Of a stretch of DNA of 64,000 nucleotides, positions 24,741 through 37,754 are shown piece after piece; within the stretch, counting starts at the first letter, position 1, and each line of letters begins with the position of its first letter. The notes below the pieces were generated by a model. That model did not search any database. It saw only the letters and a list, made by a program, of their open reading frames with translations, and was not told the DNA's origin. This DNA is from Pristiophorus japonicus (taxonomy: Eukaryota). The stretch spans positions 176,824,001 to 176,888,000 of the forward strand of contig NC_091990.1 in the NCBI RefSeq assembly GCF_044704955.1, in the 5' to 3' direction. The translations under genes and the position numbers were made by a program.

Positions 24741-26175
24741 TGCAGTAAACATCCCCTCTAAGTAATGGCCTAGAAATTTCATGTGGTGAATTGCACCAAT
24801 GAAAAATAAGTTGCAGCTGCCGGTGGATTGGAGAGGTATTTACACCACAATTTCATGGGTCAGCTCATTTGCATGTGTATTAGACCACTGTAAAATAGGA
24901 GTAAATTGCTATGTTGCATGGAAATTAGAGTAGTGCCTTTAAAAAGCCAGTTCTGGCTGAAGATTGCAGCAGTAGGCAAATAACGAACAGTGCTCAACTT
25001 GTATGTCATCTGATAGTTTTTGGGACACTTTACAAGAATGTTTAACACAGGAGAACCCAGCAGAGGCAGCCAAAGTCAGAGGGAGGGTATGAGACCAAGG
25101 CAGAGAAGATCATAGAATGGTTACAGCATGGAAGGCGGCTATTTGGCCCGTCGAGCCCGTGCCGGCAAACGACAGCCCCTCAGTATTGTATTGGAGTGTC
25201 AGCCAAGATTTTGTGCTCTGGTTTCTGGAGTGGGACTTGAACTCACAATCTTCTGATATCGGAGGCAAGGTTACCACCACTGAGCCATGGCTGACACAAG
25301 ATGACACAGTTTCACTGAGTCCAACCTGCAAACCCTCCTCAATTAAATAAAGTACAGGAGAGACAGAATGATTTGTGTCCATGGCAGGAAACATGTTAAA
25401 GAAGACAATCATTGCATGCGGAGGGAGGCAGCACTGGTCAATGCCACAAAATGTTGAATGACTTAATCTGAGGAAACTGTGTAACATACCAGCCACAACC
25501 CCTTTCTTCTTTAGGCACCCTGGGCACTGGTATACTTTTAACCATCTAAAAGTAACAGTTGTACAACTAATCTTTCACTGTGCACCCTGATTAAGAAGAG
25601 CAGTAACACAGGATCATTAATTACATGAACAATCTGAAAACCTTTCCTGCACTTTAACATTGTGCGCTAAGTGGCTTGAGCGACCATCAACTGCAAGCCT
25701 TTGCCTAATTTATTCAATCTGCAGGAGAAAATGGCACACAATGCCAGAGAGAGACAGGCAGCAGGAGAGGGTAACATCAACCTGGAAAACCTCATACCCT
25801 ACGAGATTGTAGCTGTGCACCACATGGAATGGCTTGGTGCTCTTCCTGTGGGAACTAGGAAGATTGAAGGCAAAACAACAACAACTCTGCCCTAATTTAT
25901 CTTTCTTTGGCTAACAACAAAAATTAGGGAAAGCGGTAAGGGAGAGGGCATGGTCAGAAAAATGTCCTTAAATTAGACCTTCAAAGACATGGAAGGAGAT
26001 AGCACAGCAGAATGATTTTAGGAATTAAATTCAAGTTATTGTGACTGAATAAATACTCCCATGGTGGGGCAGTGATTCAGAATCAGAGAAGGGGAGAATT
26101 CAGACAAGTGTGTTTGCCCACAGAAGTTTGCTTATGTCGAGTTGAGCCGGTCTGAGCAGGGATTAGTTATTATTC

Positions 26176-26387
26176 TGTAATGTATATAAACTATACTAGT
26201 GTGTAAGACTTGCCAGCAGGGGGCGCACCTGTTGGAGACCCAAGGGTCACCTGCACACCGGGACAAGCAAGTATAAAAGATTGTCTGCCATGCTGCTTTA
26301 CCACTCTGGAGTTTGATTAAAGAGACTAAGGTCACATCAGTTTGAGCTTACAGTACACAGTCTTGTGGAGTTATTCTGAACATAACA
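26176..26387 (+). mobile_element. solo LTR related to the Gypsy LTR at 4400-4614
   Basis: TGTAATG..ATAACA; shares gttggag..aggg, TATA, cactctggagt..attaaag..ctaaggtcaca with that LTR; TSD not clean. Confidence 0.7.
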
Positions 26388-27133
26388 AGTTCAATGGGAT
26401 TAAGTGCGTAATAGGAGTACAAAGTATTTCAATGAAGGATCTAAAATTCCAAGTCCCGAACTAAATCGTGAAGGATGGAAGATGCCTGTGCGTGGATTTT
26501 TTTTAACGTGGGGTGGCCGTTGCACACCAGCCTCCACACGGGCTTGACAGAGTTAGGTCTTGGTCCAGTGGCAAGGATTAACCGAGATGACTGGAGACCA
26601 GCTCTGCTGCATGGACCTAGTGCGCACACATATCGCAGTGTGGGCTGGCCCGTGCTGCCCCCGGGCCCTCGCCTCTTCTGGGTCCCGAACTCGCGCCTCT
26701 CCTGGGCCCGATCATATCCCTCTACAATCTCTCGCCGCTCTTTCGCCCCGACCTTGCCGCTCCTGCTGTACTTGCCCACGCTCCAATCACCGACCTGGAT
26801 GATGGTGACGTCCATCTTCACTGCCGTTGCTCTCCTGCTCCAGCACGTGCTACTCCCTGCAGTGCTTTGCCGCCATGCTGCTCCAAAGTGGGTGACCTCA
26901 CATTTGCCTACTTTGAAATCCATTTGTCACAGTTTTGACAATTAACTTAATCTATCTATGTTTTTAATGTCTTTTCATTGTGGAATAATAAAGAATGAAT
27001 CCTTGATTTAAATCAGATGGAAACCTCAGTAGAAATTCAATGTTAAAAACTGGTAACAAGTAATTTTAAATAATTGTAAGATTTAACAAAAGAACACTGA
27101 AAAACATTCCCATCTTATGAAAAGAGAACATAC

Positions 27134-27451
27134 CTTGCACTGTGAGTTCAGTAACCAGTAAATAGCCATCAGGATGTGATCGGTGATTCATGATACACCT
27201 ATACTTATTATTATCATCATCCATTGTTGGTTCAATTCTCAGTCTACTGGAAACATTAAAGGTTCCATCACTGTTGGGAATCGGGGAACTAGTGCAGATA
27301 TTTGTTATTCTTGTCACGTTATCCTTTGATAGCTTTTCCCAGATGAGCTCATGCTCCAAAGGATAAAATCCTGTTGCGTCACATCTCACTGACCCTTCTG
27401 TACCAGTCAGAATGGTAATGTGTTGTGTGGACAAACGGACCACTGGTTGAG
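27134..27451 (-). CDS. exon 3, extracellular IgC1 domain
   Basis: cacag|CT CAA acceptor and CAA G|GTATG donor; 318 nt. RCDATGFYP..WEK..NSDGTFNVSS..YRCIMNH has both canonical Cys and resembles the B7-H6 C domain. Confidence 0.9.
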
Positions 27452-29468
27452 CTGTGTTGAAGATAAATATAACAATTGGGCAGACAGGTTGAAGGCACAT
27501 TACCATAAATATGTAAATTATTGTTGTGCAAACATATATGCTAAGCACACCATCATCCTTCCTTCAGGTATTTATCTCATGAAATAATCTACTTGTTTTC
27601 TTCAAGGATGTGGAAAATTATATCTGGTGAATCAAATAAGTTCTAAATACCAGAAAGTCAGATGTAAGCATTCCAAATTGCACCACCACCAACAACCATT
27701 TTTATCGCATCTTTAATGTACAATAATGTTTGAAGGTGCTTCACAAAGGATAGGGGGAGGGGGGGGGGGGGGCGGGGTGAAGGGGATGGAAATAGAACAG
27801 GTGACTAAAAGCATGGTGGAATAGATATATTTAGACAAGGTGTTTGAAAGCAGAGAGAAAGCTGCTACCAGCAGTGGAATGGAGAGAGCAGGGAATGCAC
27901 AGGTAGCCGTTGAGGATCAAAGTATTTGGGGTGGGGCACAACAGTGGAAAGAAGGAGGAAGGGGGAGAGGATAAGAGGGGGATGAGGATGAAGGAGATGA
28001 GGAGAACGGGGGAGATGAGGAGGAAGAAGAGGGAGGGGAGGAGGACAAAAACAATGCGTCGATATAACCTTCAATGCAGACAAACCTCCAAAGGCACTTG
28101 AGAGGCATAATTCATTTCAAAAATGGTAAGCCAAAGAAGGAGGTATTTGGAGGGATGTCCAAAAGCTTGGTCAAAGACGTAGACTGTAAAGAGGGTCTTA
28201 TAGAATGAGAAGGAAGTGGAGAGGTGGAAGATGCTTAGGAAAGAAAATGCCACAACATAGGGCCAAGGTAGCTGAAGGAATGGTGGGATGGAAGAGAGCA
28301 GGATACTTAAGAAGAACAGAGTGTTGGGGGCAGGGTTTGGATGCCTGGAGGAGGGCACAGAGATATGAAAGGATAAAGCCAAAAAGGAGTTAAACCATTA
28401 AAAAAATCATGAACAATAGTTTCACACTATTTATACACAATATTTAAAAAATATTTATTGTAGAGATTTTATAAACCCTGGACAAATCAGCTAGGAAATA
28501 GCCAATATTTTCATGCCATAGAATTTGGTTAGAATTGCTGTAGAAATTGGCCTCGAGAGGGCATAGAATTCTACGGACTTTGGAAATAATACACCCTCAA
28601 AAGGGATTACAATGATGGTATTAAAAATCCTCGGATTTCCAGTAGTACATCTACCATATCAGTCTCAAATTTTTGTGCTTTTTAAAATTATGTTTCATAG
28701 TGATACACTGTTGGGATTGTGTGAATAATTTGTATTTTATCATTGCTTATATTTCAATGTTGGGAATATTCTCATTCGTAGTTTTAGAATGCCTGTTATT
28801 GGTAGCTGTGTGGGGAAACTTCTTGTGCAGCCTGTTAGTGTCCTATTCTGAGCAGTTGAAACAGTAAAAGGTTCTCAGAGCACTTTTATTGAAGAGGTTT
28901 TGGGGGACATTTTTTTGTGCTCATCACAGTTGGGCACCAGAACATTTTTTAAATTTTGTCACCCTGTGCCAGCAAACGAACACTAATTGGGTGTGTTTGC
29001 GACCGGCTATAACTCTTCTACTCTGCCCCAACACTGTACCTCACTATTCACCTCAGAGACGTACCCCTATGCATCATTGTAAGCTTCCAATTTGCCACAC
29101 AGCATTCCTGCTGGTTTCGGGAGTGAGATTGCCAATTCTGTGCAAAAATTAAGGGCGCTCATACTCATTTCACAAATACTGCTAGCAGACAGGATGGAAT
29201 CTCATTCCAGCAGTCTGGACTGCATGCAAATCCAGACTTCATAGGTGAAAAGATTGTGCTAACCCAGTGAATCACCTATTCTATGTTGACCATGTTTATT
29301 TCACACCTTTATGTTTAAATGTATGAAGAACATAAGAAATAGGAGCAGGATGTAGGCCATTTGGCCCATCGAGCCTGCTCCGCCATTCAATAAGATCATG
29401 GTTTAGAGCTTCCCCCACCCAACAACTTAATACTGAAATCAACAACAGATAACATTTTGGAGACTTAC

Positions 29469-29816
29469 CTGACACCTGCATTTCTGAACTCTTTTCTATC
29501 TTATCAGGAGTGACAAATACAACACAGGTGTATTCTCCTTCTTCATTAAACTGTATGTTTGGAAGATGAAGTGAAGCATCTCCTTTCTGTAATTCGGTGT
29601 CAGACATTTTTGCTCCAGTTCTTTTTGGGAAATGGGCTCCTCCATTAAAGACATAGATCGGTGTCCTGTTTTCAATTGACCCAAATAACCACTGGACACC
29701 TACATTTGTTAGGTCGAGTGTTGGTGCCTTATAGCCGGAAATTTTACATTCCAGGGAAACATCATCATTCACTAACACATTCTTTGGTCTTGCAAATATG
29801 TTCACATCCAAGGTTT
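29469..29816 (-). CDS. NCR3LG1: B7-H6/NCR3LG1-like gene, exon 2 (IgV domain)
   Basis: tttag|AA ACC TTG acceptor and TCA G|GTAAGT donor; 348 nt. ETLDVNIF..VSLEC..VGVQW..GDASLHLPNIQFNEEGEYTCVVFVTP resembles the B7-H6 V domain ([26 protein letters not shown] as recalled). The symbol denotes family likeness; orthology is untested. Confidence 0.85.
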
Positions 29817-30469
29817 CTAAATATCAACAGAACAATAAAACATTAATGGTACAGAAATTGCAGTTGGAGGCTTTGCTGAAAAATTTCTACGAACTTACCT
29901 GGTGGTCCGGAGACTTGCAGGCCTGGGCCTCTTTGCGAAGGCCCGCATGGAGGCCCAAATACTCCAGGGTTGGTGGTACTTCGCACGCGTTCCTGGGATC
30001 ACATGTGCCATCCCAACCAATCAGAGTAGGGGTATTCCCATTCATGCTTGTGATGTGTTCCGTATAGACAGAAACTCCATAAGTATCAATGGTAATATCC
30101 CAGAAAATACACAAATACTTGCAATAAATGTAAAAAAAAATCACTTATTCAAAATGGCATTTAATTAATTATTTAAAACAGCATTTTGAAAAATAAATTT
30201 ACATATTTTAAAGGGTTTAAAAATAGACTTAACTTATTTCTCAGGTTTTTAAATGTTTAAATGATTGAAAAAATATTATTTTTCAGTCTTTTCGCTGATA
30301 AAAACATGCCTTTCGCCTGCTTTTATCAATCATGAGAATTTCAAGGATATTCGCTGAGCAGAAGTTTGGCAAATAGCCCAACTCTCCACCAGTGGAGGCC
30401 CTTTACTTCTGAATGTGTGCGATGTATCAAGAGAATTCTTGACAGATCGAAAGTACCGGGTTTACGCGC

Positions 30470-32215
30470 ATAAGAATATAGAATTAGGACCAGGGGTAGG
30501 CCATTCGGCCCCTTGAGCCTGCTCCGGCATTCAATGAGATCATGGCTGATTTTCTACTTCAACGCCACTTCCCTTCACTATCCCTATATCCTTTCATTCC
30601 CTTAATATCCAAAAATCTATCGATCTCTGTCTTGAATATACTCAAAGACTGAGCGGGCGAAATTGCCCTCTGACCGAAAGGGCGCGCACTCACTGATCCT
30701 GAAGATTTTTCTCCGCCCCAATCCATGATGATCACAATATTCCTCCCCTTCAGTTAAAGGGGAGGGCCGCTGTGAACTCTGCAATTAATTTAGTTTTGCG
30801 CAGTGGGCCACCAGGAAGGGTTTCAGCCGGGCCAGTTACCCAAGAGGGGGTGCTGGGCTGCCTGTTGGAGGTCCGGCCAAACCCATGGGCACCATTATTG
30901 GGCCGACCTCACAGTCGGCCGACAATTAAAATAAAATGGCGGCCGCGGCAGAGCGCCCTCGCCACCCAGCTTCCCACAGGGGAAAGCTGTCGGGGGCACC
31001 GAGCGGCGGCCGATCTGTTCCCGCGGGGCAATTTCCCACACGTGGCGGAAAGGGGTCGCCGCTGGTTGGTGGGGGGGGGGGGGGCGGCACGTGCCCGACG
31101 GGGCGGGAATATGGCAGCGCGGTGACAAGCACCGCTGGCAAACAAATGGAAGGCAATTTCATAACTGTCGGTGACTCTGCGCTGACTAGGCGGTGAGTCT
31201 GAGAATGTGTAAGGAAGGGTTGCGAAGGTGATAGATGGATAGAGAAGGTGGCAAAAGGATGGAGATAGGGAATCATGGGAAAATAGGTAAAGAAATGTCA
31301 AGATGCAGACAACTGCAGAATTGACAGAAAAAAAAGGGGTTACCAAGAGTTGAAGTTGAGGTTAGACACGGGTCATGAGAAAGCCGCAAGGCAGCACAAA
31401 GAAAGAAAGCAATCCTAGATAGGAAGGGAAAAGTAATAGCTTCTACTGATAAGGAGGAAGGGAAACTAATTGGGTTCTTTACTAATAAGGGAAGACAGTG
31501 TAGCAAAGCTATAACTAACCTGACCTGACACCAGCCCTAATTGGGAGACTTTCTTGCCTGCCGTTGGACGTACTCGGTGGGGAGGCAGAAAGGGATTGGA
31601 TAGACCAATTGCTAATCAAATGTGTTCTGTTTTGAAAATGTATATCTACTGTGCTTTTCGCGCTGAAAAGGGCTTGTCCAGGGGAAGGTAAACAGGCTCT
31701 GATTGAGTGTGTCCCTTTGTCTTGACAAGTCCCGGCCGGAGAATCTTCAATAAAGGTCTTTTACAGAAAAGGCAAAGAGGTGTTCGCGTCAGTGTATTCG
31801 CTGAAACAGATTGAGGGAAAAAGAATCCGTATTAACAAGTCCTTACCAACCCTCTTGGAGGTGGTCACGGCTCTTAAAAGGGGCAATTTCAGCTCCTGAG
31901 CCTCCACAGCCCTCTGGAGTAGAGAATTCCAAAGATTCACCACCCTCCAAGTGAAGTTTCGCCTCATCTCAGTCCTAAATGGCCGACCACTTATTCTGAG
32001 TGTGACCCCGGGTTCTAGATTCCTCAGCCGGGGAAACATCCTCCCGCATCTACCCTGTCAGGCCCTGTAAGAATTTTGTATGTTTCAATGAGATCAACTC
32101 TCATTCTTCTAAACTCTAGAGAATATAGGCCTAGTCTACTCAATCTCTCCTCATAGGACAATCACCCCATCCCAGGAATCATTCTGGTGAACCTTCGTTG
32201 CACTCCCTCAATGGC
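30470..32215 (-). mobile_element. CR1 3' fragment split by a MITE
   Basis: CR1 sequence stops at 30652 and resumes at 31897 (gactga|gcctccacagc). Confidence 0.8.
30653..31896. mobile_element. non-autonomous Harbinger-type element, possibly containing a solo LTR at about 31194-31867
   Basis: TIR core GAAATTGCCC / GGGCAATTTC; 3-bp TSD TGA at 30650-30652 and 31897-31899; internal TG..CA segment with CCAAT and AATAAA. Confidence 0.65.
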
Positions 32216-33064
32216 AGTGCATGCCTAAACCTGGAACTTGGGGACCCTATGGGCACATACGCAGCTCGTACACTCCCACGAATTCAGGCTCATTATCTCA
32301 ATTCAAGTATCATAACTAGAAATAAAACACATTCAAAATATATTGTTTGATGGGCACGGAATCACTTCAGATGTTCAGCTCCAAGGTACTGCCATGGAGT
32401 GGTTAGATGCAAGTCACATCCATGATTCCATGACGTGATGTACTTCCAATCTGTCATCCCTTTGCTGGAGGTTGAGCAAATGACAGATGCTTCCTCCCAG
32501 GGAATTATGGAGCATCATATTAGGTAATTCAAATGCATCCCTTAGCAACTGATTATGAAGCAGCAAAGATGGAAATCTCAAAGCAAGACTGTCCTCCCAG
32601 GTGGGTATGATGTTTACAATGGGAAAACTACAAAAAGAGAAAAATAAAATTAGGATGATATATTTCTATTAACATACACACACATCTCCAAATCTATTTC
32701 CTTTCTCTATCAAAGGTGACAATTGGTGCTGTTATAGGGTTCAACAGTCCCCAGTAGCCCTTCAATATAGTTAGTGGTAGATTTCAAATACCTTGTCCAA
32801 GTGGTTATTCTTCTCATGTTAACCTGAACCTTGACAGAAAACTATCCAGTCAAGAAGGTCTGCAGCTGATCTCTATCCTGTACTCATATCAACAGACATG
32901 CACATTGCAGAGACTTGTCGATGACAATCAGAAGTGGGTCGCTGGGCTGTACGTGAAGTCTCTGATGGTCAGATATGGAGGGAAACATTTACCCAAGTTC
33001 AGAAAACGTAGAAGCAGGTTGGCAAATGCCACACTTTAGGGACCCATAGATGTGTGCAAGCTAC

Positions 33065-33486
33065 TGCTGGAGTGGAACCAGCTGAAGCCGTCCAGCCTAC
33101 CAATACATAATTTTTATAACCTTCCCACTGTTTGTCCAACTAGGACCATCCCACATGATAGAGAATTCAAGCTCTGCAGCCTGGATGCAGTTTTTGAGAA
33201 AACACAGACCACATTGCATTAAGTCATCAATCAACTTGACATTTTAGATCCTTGGGTAGCGAGCCAATCAAAAGGTTAACAGACTATCAAATGAGCCAAT
33301 AAGGTCAAAGAAGGCGAGTTCTTTTCTGTAAATTGAACCGGGTATAAGTACAGCCATTTTGGCCATGTGGTCTCAGAAGGACAAAGGCCTGGCTTAAAGC
33401 CAAGAGCTTGTTGCTGCTGCCAGAATAAAGTTACATTAAAACTACAACCGGAGTTCGTATTTCATTGGAAATTAAGAGATCTAACA
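33065..33486 (+). mobile_element. probable solo LTR
   Basis: TG..CA ends, CCAAT boxes, TATAAG, AATAAA; flanks CTAC / CCAC (4-bp TSD with one mismatch). Confidence 0.55.
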
Positions 33487-34139
33487 CCACACATTAGGTT
33501 ATTGACTTGCATGGTTACTTGGAGCTGGCCTGAAATAATCCCTGACCCCAATGACAGGTCTGATTAAGAACCTATTGTGGCTCACCAATCAACAGTGCCA
33601 GCAGACTTGCCCGACTTAACTTCTGATACAGCTACCAAAAACGTTTTAAACAAAATACTTATCTCAATGTGGAGCCGGGATAAGCAGGATTGCTCCTCTC
33701 AGCTCAACTGTCCTGACGACCGTTGCCGCCAGTGATGGAGCAGCACGAAATTTACATCTGCATTGCTGGCGAGTTGCCTGGGGCCTACTGTACATGAGGC
33801 CTGAGGCCCAATTTTTCAGGACTATCTGTTCTGGCACAACCCAGACCACTAAAACTAATTATATTACCTTCATCATATTTATATTCCAGATCAGCTTTCT
33901 CATAACATATTATGGGTCAAACCTGCAACCTTTCTGGTCTGTACGGAAAGTCGTCTTTTCTAATAGCTTCTCTCCAAGATCACTAATACACTGCACAACA
34001 AGACCCTTTCTCAACATGCAGCCTATAATCATACGCCTTGCCATTTTCACACTGGCACTGGAATATAAACCTTAAAAACCAAGTTGTACTTCTCTCTGTG
34101 GTTTATATCACCAAGTATATGTGGGGCAATATTTCCAAC

Positions 34140-34580
34140 AATGTTGTCACAGTAGTCAAGTCTGGAGGTGACAAAGGCATGGATGAGGATTTCAGCAGGA
34201 GATGAGCAGTTCAGCAGGAGATGAGCAGAGGTGGAGTAGAGCGATGTTAGAGGCAGTCCTTGTGATGGAGAGATATGGAGCAGGAGGCTCAGCGCGGGGT
34301 CAAATAGGATGTCGAGGCTGCAATCATTTTGGTTCAACCCAAGACAGTGGCTGGGAAAGGGGGTGGAATCAGAGGCGAGAGTACAAAGTTTGTGGCTTTG
34401 GTGTTCCCAATGTACAATTGGAAGAAATTGTGACTCATCGAGGACGAGATGTCTGACAAAGTCTGACAACAGAGAGTCAGTGGAGGGGTCAATGCCAGTG
34501 GTGGAGAGTTAGAGCTGGGTGTTTTCAGCAAATATGTGGAACCTGACCCGTGTCTTCAGATGATGTTACCAAGGGGCAGC
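34140..34580 (-). mobile_element. old L2 LINE fragment
   Basis: LIHAFVTSRLDYC is typical of the L2 RT C-terminal region. Confidence 0.7.
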
Positions 34581-36639
34581 ATTAGGAGACTCCAGAAGTA
34601 ATGGTGCAGGGGAAGGAAAATAAGCAATTGCAGGAAGTAATGTCTGTAAGCTTGTAATGTTTGTAGCTCCACACTGTGGATGTGGACGTATTGTGTACTG
34701 CAAGTGCAGGGTTAATAATAAACAGAACCAACCGATTTCCGGAGACTTCTGAAAGAGCTGCCTGCCATGTTAGGAAGCTGTGTGTTCTGTGTCCTGTATT
34801 CTGTGAATATATCACATTTGGTGACAAAAGATGGGATTTTTCAGATGATTTAAAGCTGAAATTTTGTTGGTGAAGGATTCAGCCAGCCGACAGAAGACTT
34901 TGGAAGTTTCTGTCTTTGAAAAAAGCTACAAAAATCCGAGGCAAAATACAGCACACGGTGTGAACAGCTAGAGATTAAAATGGCAGGTGTATTGGGATAT
35001 TTCGGTGAATATAGACACAACCGGGAATGTTTTAAAGCGTATGTGGATCGGCTAGAAATGTATTTCACTGCAAATAGCATAATCGAAGTTCCAGACAATG
35101 CAGTCTAGAACCGGGCTGTGTTGGAACATAAGAAAGCGATCTTCTTATCGGAGGCAGGTCCGACATTATACGAAACCCTTGCAAATCTGCTTGTGCCTGA
35201 CGAGCCAAAGGACACAACGCTTAAAGAGATTTTAACGAAGCTGGAGCAGCACTATAACCCCAAACTGTTAGAAATTGCTGAAAGCTATCGTTTCGGGATT
35301 CGGAATCAAATGATTGATGGAAGTTTCAGTTATTACATCGTAGCATTAAAAAAGCTATCGATGCACTGTAATTTTGGAATCTTTCAAAACCAAGCATTAC
35401 GGGATCGTTTTGTTTGTGGGGTGAAAAATGATGCGATCAGAAGGAAGTTATTGACGACAGATGACTTGACTTTTGAGATTGCTTGTCAGACAGCGAGGTC
35501 GATGGGCATGGCCGAACAACATTCCGTAGAATTAAATATTAATTACGGTCGTCAGTCAACCGAGGTAAATCACCTGCAGGTTCAAAGTAAAAAATGGGCA
35601 TGGCCGAAAGTCTCAGAAACTGGAAATTCTACCAGGGCGTCGAAGTCGTGCTATAGGTGCCTGGGACAACACATTGCTCAAAGTTGTCCATACGTGAAGG
35701 CAGAGTATTTCTTCTGCAGAAAGACTGGGCATTTTGCGAAGGCATGCCGACTGAAGGGTAAACCAGTTTTTAAAGCTATGAGTCCAGCGTTCAAAGCTAT
35801 GAGTAGAAATCCCAAGAGACTACATAGCATGCAACAACAACAACAGGACAAGGAGATGTTAGAGTTACACGTCATCAGGAGCACGAGGTTAACGGACAGC
35901 AATTCAGAAAGCATCAAAATCCACATAAATGTTGCGGGATTCAAGACATAAGAACGTAAGAATTAGGAACAGGAGTAGGCCATCTAGCCCCTCGAGCCTG
36001 CTCCGCCATTCAATAAGATCATCGCTGATATGGCCGTGGACTCAGCTCCACTTACCTGCCCGCTCCCCGTAACCCTTAATTCACTTATTGGTTAAAAATC
36101 TATCTATCTGTGACTTAAATACATTCAATGCTTCCTTGGGCAGAGAATTCCACAGATTCACAACCCTCTGGGAGAAGAAATTCTTTCTCAACTCGGTTTT
36201 AAATTAGCTCCCCCGTATTTTGAGGCTGTGCCCCCTAGTTATAGTCTCCCAGACCAGTGGAAACAACCTCTCTGCCTCGATCTTGTCTATCCCTTTCATT
36301 ATATTAAATGTTTCTATAAGATCACCCTTCATCCTTCTGAACTCCAATGAGTAAAGACCCAGTCTACTCAATCGATCATCATATAGTAACCTCCTCATCT
36401 CCGGAGTCGGCCTAGTGAATCGTCTCTGTACCCCCTCCAAAGCCAGTATATCCTTCCTTAAGGTGACCAAAACTGCACGCAGTACTCCAGGTGCGGCCTT
36501 ACCAATACCCTATACAGTTGCAGCAGGACCTCCCTGCTTTTGTACTCCATTCCTCTCGTAATGAAGGCCAACATTCCATTCGCCTTCCTGATTACCTGCT
36601 GCACCTGCAAACTAACTTTTTGGGATTCATGCACAAGGA

Positions 36640-37136
36640 AGGGGAGCGGGTAGGTCCGAAGGCCTCCTCGTAGGACTGCTCCTGGGCACGGCCAAGGGTG
36701 CCATCAGCCGGTCCAGGCAGCGGGCGGTCGAGGGGGTCGTTCAACCTGACTGCCTGCCTCTCTTCCGCTCTTACATCCGGTCCAGGGTGTCCTTGGAGAT
36801 GGAGCACGCGGTGTCCACCGGTACGCTTGCGGCCTTCCGCGAGAGGTGGGCACCGGAGGGACTGGAGTGCATCATCACGCCCGGCAACCAAATTTTAATT
36901 TGATTTTACGTTTTTAAGTTTAATTTGTTTTAATTGCCGGTGCTTTTAGTGTCCCCCTTCCCTTTTATAGGGGGCACTGGGGAAAATTGTGATTTTAGTG
37001 CCCAAAAAAAACCAAAAAAAGAAAAACACAAAAAAAAGGGGGGAAAAAAAAAGGGCCTTGTAAATGTCTGGAGTGTCACCCAGGTCGGGTGGCACCGTTT
37101 AATGTTTTATGTTTTCGCAGGTAAACTCAAAAGAGT
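36640..37136 (+). mobile_element. Tx1-like (L1 clade) LINE 3' fragment, copy A
   Basis: ORF2 C-terminus (..LLLGTAKGAISRSR..FRERW..) plus 3'UTR; bounded by TTCATGCACAAGGA at 36626-36639 and 37137-37150. Confidence 0.75.
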
Positions 37137-37150
37137 TTCATGCACAAGGA

Positions 37151-37754
37151 TGTTCCATGTTTTTATTGAGTGCACAAGGTTGCAGCCCCTGTTCCATTAT
37201 TTGAAGGGGCTGCTCCTGAAATTCTGGCTGCACTTCAGTCCCACTCTCCTGATCTTTGGGCACCCAGTGCGGAGGGGAGCGGGTAGGTCCGAAGGCCTCC
37301 TCGTAGGACTGCTCCTGGGCACGGCCAAGGGTGCCATCAGCCGGTCCAGGCAGCGGGCGGTCGAGGGGGTCGTTCAACCTGACTGCCTGCCTCTCTTCCG
37401 CTCTTACATCCGGTCCAGGGTGTCCTTGGAGATGGAGCACGCGGTGTCCACCGGTACGCTTGCGGCCTTCCGCGAGAGGTGGGCACCGGAGGGACTGGAG
37501 TGCATCATCACGCCCGGCAACCAAATTTTAATTTGATTTTACGTTTTAAAGTTTAATTTGTTTTAAATGCCGGTGCTTTTAGTGTCCCCCTCCCCTTTTA
37601 TAGGGGGCACTGGAAAAAGGAAAATTTGATTTTAGTGCCCAAAAAAAACCCAAAAAAAAGCAAAAAAAGAGGGCCTTGTAAATGTCTGGTGTGTCATCCA
37701 AGGCGGGTGGCACCGATTAATGTTTTTGTTTTGCAGGTAAACTCCAAAAAGAGT
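37151..37754 (+). mobile_element. Tx1-like (L1 clade) LINE 3' fragment, copy B
   Basis: Extends further 5' than copy A, including HVFIEC (end of a zf-RVT-like motif); bounded by TTCATGCACAAGGA at 37137-37150 and 37755-37768. Confidence 0.75.

Noticed and set aside
5277-29816. Immunoglobulin heavy chain (IgW/IgNAR) or TCR locus
   Set aside because: The V exon includes its G strand and ends in a splice donor with no RSS; I saw no D or J segments; the TM follows the first C1; V and C motifs look like B7-H6.
27134-29816. Tapasin or TAPBPL
   Set aside because: No long N-terminal tapasin domain exon was found, the TM lacks a central Lys, and the KK after the TM is followed by a splice donor rather than a C-terminal KKxx.
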